Shown in pieces: positions 62,021-64,000 of a stretch of 64,000 nt of DNA; within the stretch, counting starts at the first letter, position 1, and each line of letters starts with the position of its first letter. The notes beneath the pieces are model-generated. The model searched no databases, was not told the DNA's origin, and was given only the letters and a program-made list of their open reading frames with translations. The DNA lies in the NCBI GenBank assembly GCA_051294375.1, contig CM119267.1, positions 6,065,992 through 6,129,991 of the forward strand, read 5' to 3'. A program made the position numbers and the translations under genes. Origin of the DNA: Paraspadella gotoi. Its lineage: Eukaryota; Animalia; Chaetognatha.

Positions 62021-62315
62021 ATAGGATATCGGGTTACGTTGCGCATCATCTGTGTTGTATTAGTTGTATTAGTTCGGAATAAGAAATTCGTGTTTCTTAC
62101 TGCTGGTTTTGTTCTATTTTATTGCGGGATATTTTGTTTATTTACCACCGTTACGTATTTCTGGTCTTATTGTTACGTAGGTTTTTTTTAATGGTGTCGA
62201 GTAGATAGTACCTTTGTTCTAGCTAAATTTACTTGTATTTTTGATTGATTCACGTTTAGAAATTAGGCAAAAATTTTAGGGACAATGAAATGGGAATTTG
62301 GAAAATAGAATAATA

Positions 62316-62918
62316 ATGTCCAATAGAATCGGAAAGCATAAGACCTCCTCTACGGACTTGAGAATTTTGCAAGAATGCGAAAAAGAGGCCTTCGTCAATA
62401 AAAGCCTCCCTTTGATGATCGGTATGGGTGTCGGAACGCATTATCTCGTCAAAATTGGCAAACTGACCGCCAATCCGAAGTGGGGATCCTTGGTCAAAGT
62501 GAGCTTCGCTGCGCTCTGTGGCAACATTCTCGGCAGACTACTCCACATCGGGACGGTCAAGGAAAAGCTCAAGGCGGAACCCAACTCTTTGCTGGGCCGA
62601 GAATTACGGCGCATTGAGGGCTCCCCGCTTCTTGAGCCCACGGATCTAGAAGTTATCGATATTCTGCGTTCGGAAACCCAAGGGCGAGGCGAGGCGAGTC
62701 GGGAAAGCGGCTCGTTGGATCACGGTTACGACGAAATGAGGCGCCTGCACAGAGAGAACCCGGCCGCTGTGGCGCCTTCTGTTTCGGAACGGATGAATAA
62801 ACCTGTGAGGGACTCGATTCAAGGTTCTTTTGACGACATCCCTCCGGAGGAAAGGCCTATCAACAAGAGGATGCCCGTTCCAAAGAGGAACAAATACGGA
62901 GACATCATCGACGACTGA
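62316..62918 (+). CDS. OCIAD1: OCIA domain-containing protein (Asrij)
   Basis: ILQECEKEAFVNKSLPL...PKWGSLVKV..., NSLLGRELRR, YDEMRRLHRE and the C-terminal RNKYGD. Confidence 0.85.
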   Translation: MSNRIGKHKTSSTDLRILQECEKEAFVNKSLPLMIGMGVGTHYLVKIGKLTANPKWGSLVKVSFAALCGNILGRLLHIGTVKEKLKAEPNSLLGRELRRIEGSPLLEPTDLEVIDILRSETQGRGEASRESGSLDHGYDEMRRLHRENPAAVAPSVSERMNKPVRDSIQGSFDDIPPEERPINKRMPVPKRNKYGDIIDD

Positions 62919-63136
62919 GTTTTCCGCGATGATTGATGCTTTTTTAAGTTTTTATTTATTTTCGATTGTTGCCAGTCCGTCAGATGCGACGTCTCTTTCG
63001 GACGTTGTATCGTTTTCCTTGGAATCGAACCCTCGTCCCTTTTACGCGAAAGGATTCTTTTCGTGGCAGAATTTACCTGCCGAGCCTCGAACAGACGATC
63101 CGCACAAAAGCAGGATGGATATCGATAATCCACGCG

Positions 63137-64000
63137 ATGTCTTCCCCCGAAACGCGTAGCCTTCTCGAAGATTTCGAGAATGAAGCGGGAAAGAGCAGTC
63201 TCATTCTACCTCATTACCGGCAACACCACAACTGGGACTGCGGAATCGCCTGTCTCAAAATGGTCAGCATTTCCTCCAACCCTTTCATTTCACTTTTTAT
63301 TTTTGACAGTTTGCTTTTTCAAAATTTCATGAAAATAAAAGTTTTTTTTTCTCAAAGCAATTTCCCCCCCCCCACTTGTCTTTATCCGCTTAGGTCCTCT
63401 CTCATTTGGGCCTAAACGAAAACGATGAACTGTCGACCCATTGCGAAAGGCTCGGCTTAAAAACTTCGATCTGGTCGATCGACTTGGCCTACATCCTCGC
63501 CGCATTCGGCATAGACCACAAAATGTTTACCCTCACGCTCGGCGTGGACGAGAACTACCAAAGCGTCGGGTTCTACGCGGAACATTTGAACGAAGACAAT
63601 TCCCGCGTTAACGCCCTCTTTCGAGACAGCAGCCTCCACAACGTGAGAGTCGCCAAGGAATCCGTCGAAACGGAGGCGATTCTACGTCATTTGGAAAATG
63701 GTCAGATCGTCGTCGTCCTAGTCGATTGGAAGAGGATGGATTGTCTCAAATGCAACCCGTTGTACGATTTGAAGATGAGGAGATCAGTCAGCGAACTAGG
63801 GGCCTTTAACGCCGGTTATCAAGGTTCTCTGATGTTAGATTCTTAGAATAATTTTTTTTTATTAATAGCTTTGTTCGTGTTTAGGCCATTTTATTTGCCT
63901 GACGGGAGTGAACCGAGAGAGGAGTCTCATCTACTTTTCGAATCCTTCTTCGGCGCAGTCCGTGTGCGTCTCTCGCTTCGTGGATTTTGAGGCGGCGAGG
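63137..64000 (+). CDS. GUCD1: Protein GUCD1 (C39 peptidase-like), truncated by the window end
   Basis: PHYRQHHNWDCGIACLKM, SIWSIDLAY, FTLTLGVD..Y and YQGHFI. Confidence 0.9.

Overview
Compact, gene-dense eukaryotic (invertebrate animal-type) genomic DNA. Exons are mostly GC/CpG-rich, introns are mostly 60-200 bp and AT-rich, and the genetic code is standard. I can support 28 protein-coding genes, mostly housekeeping. The main feature is the architecture: all 12 genes from 1-27.8 kb are on the minus strand and all 16 genes from 30.8-64 kb are on the plus strand. They diverge from one strand-switch region (~27.8-30.8 kb) that holds a symmetric, promoter-like centre near 30.3 kb. Stop-to-next-ATG gaps are often only 108-230 bp, and many genes have an unpaired 3' splice acceptor just upstream of the ATG. 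This suggests very long polycistronic units resolved by spliced-leader trans-splicing (inference, not proven). Also present: a tandem pair of unrecognised CCCH/RRM-like RNA-binding proteins (one with a U2AF-ligand motif), a 4-SH3 long intersectin, GC-AG introns, and several non-autonomous DNA transposons (TIR MITEs, Helentron/DINE-like, nested). Gene names come from my recognition of the protein sequences, with no database search. Exon boundaries were read by eye and may be off by a few bases.
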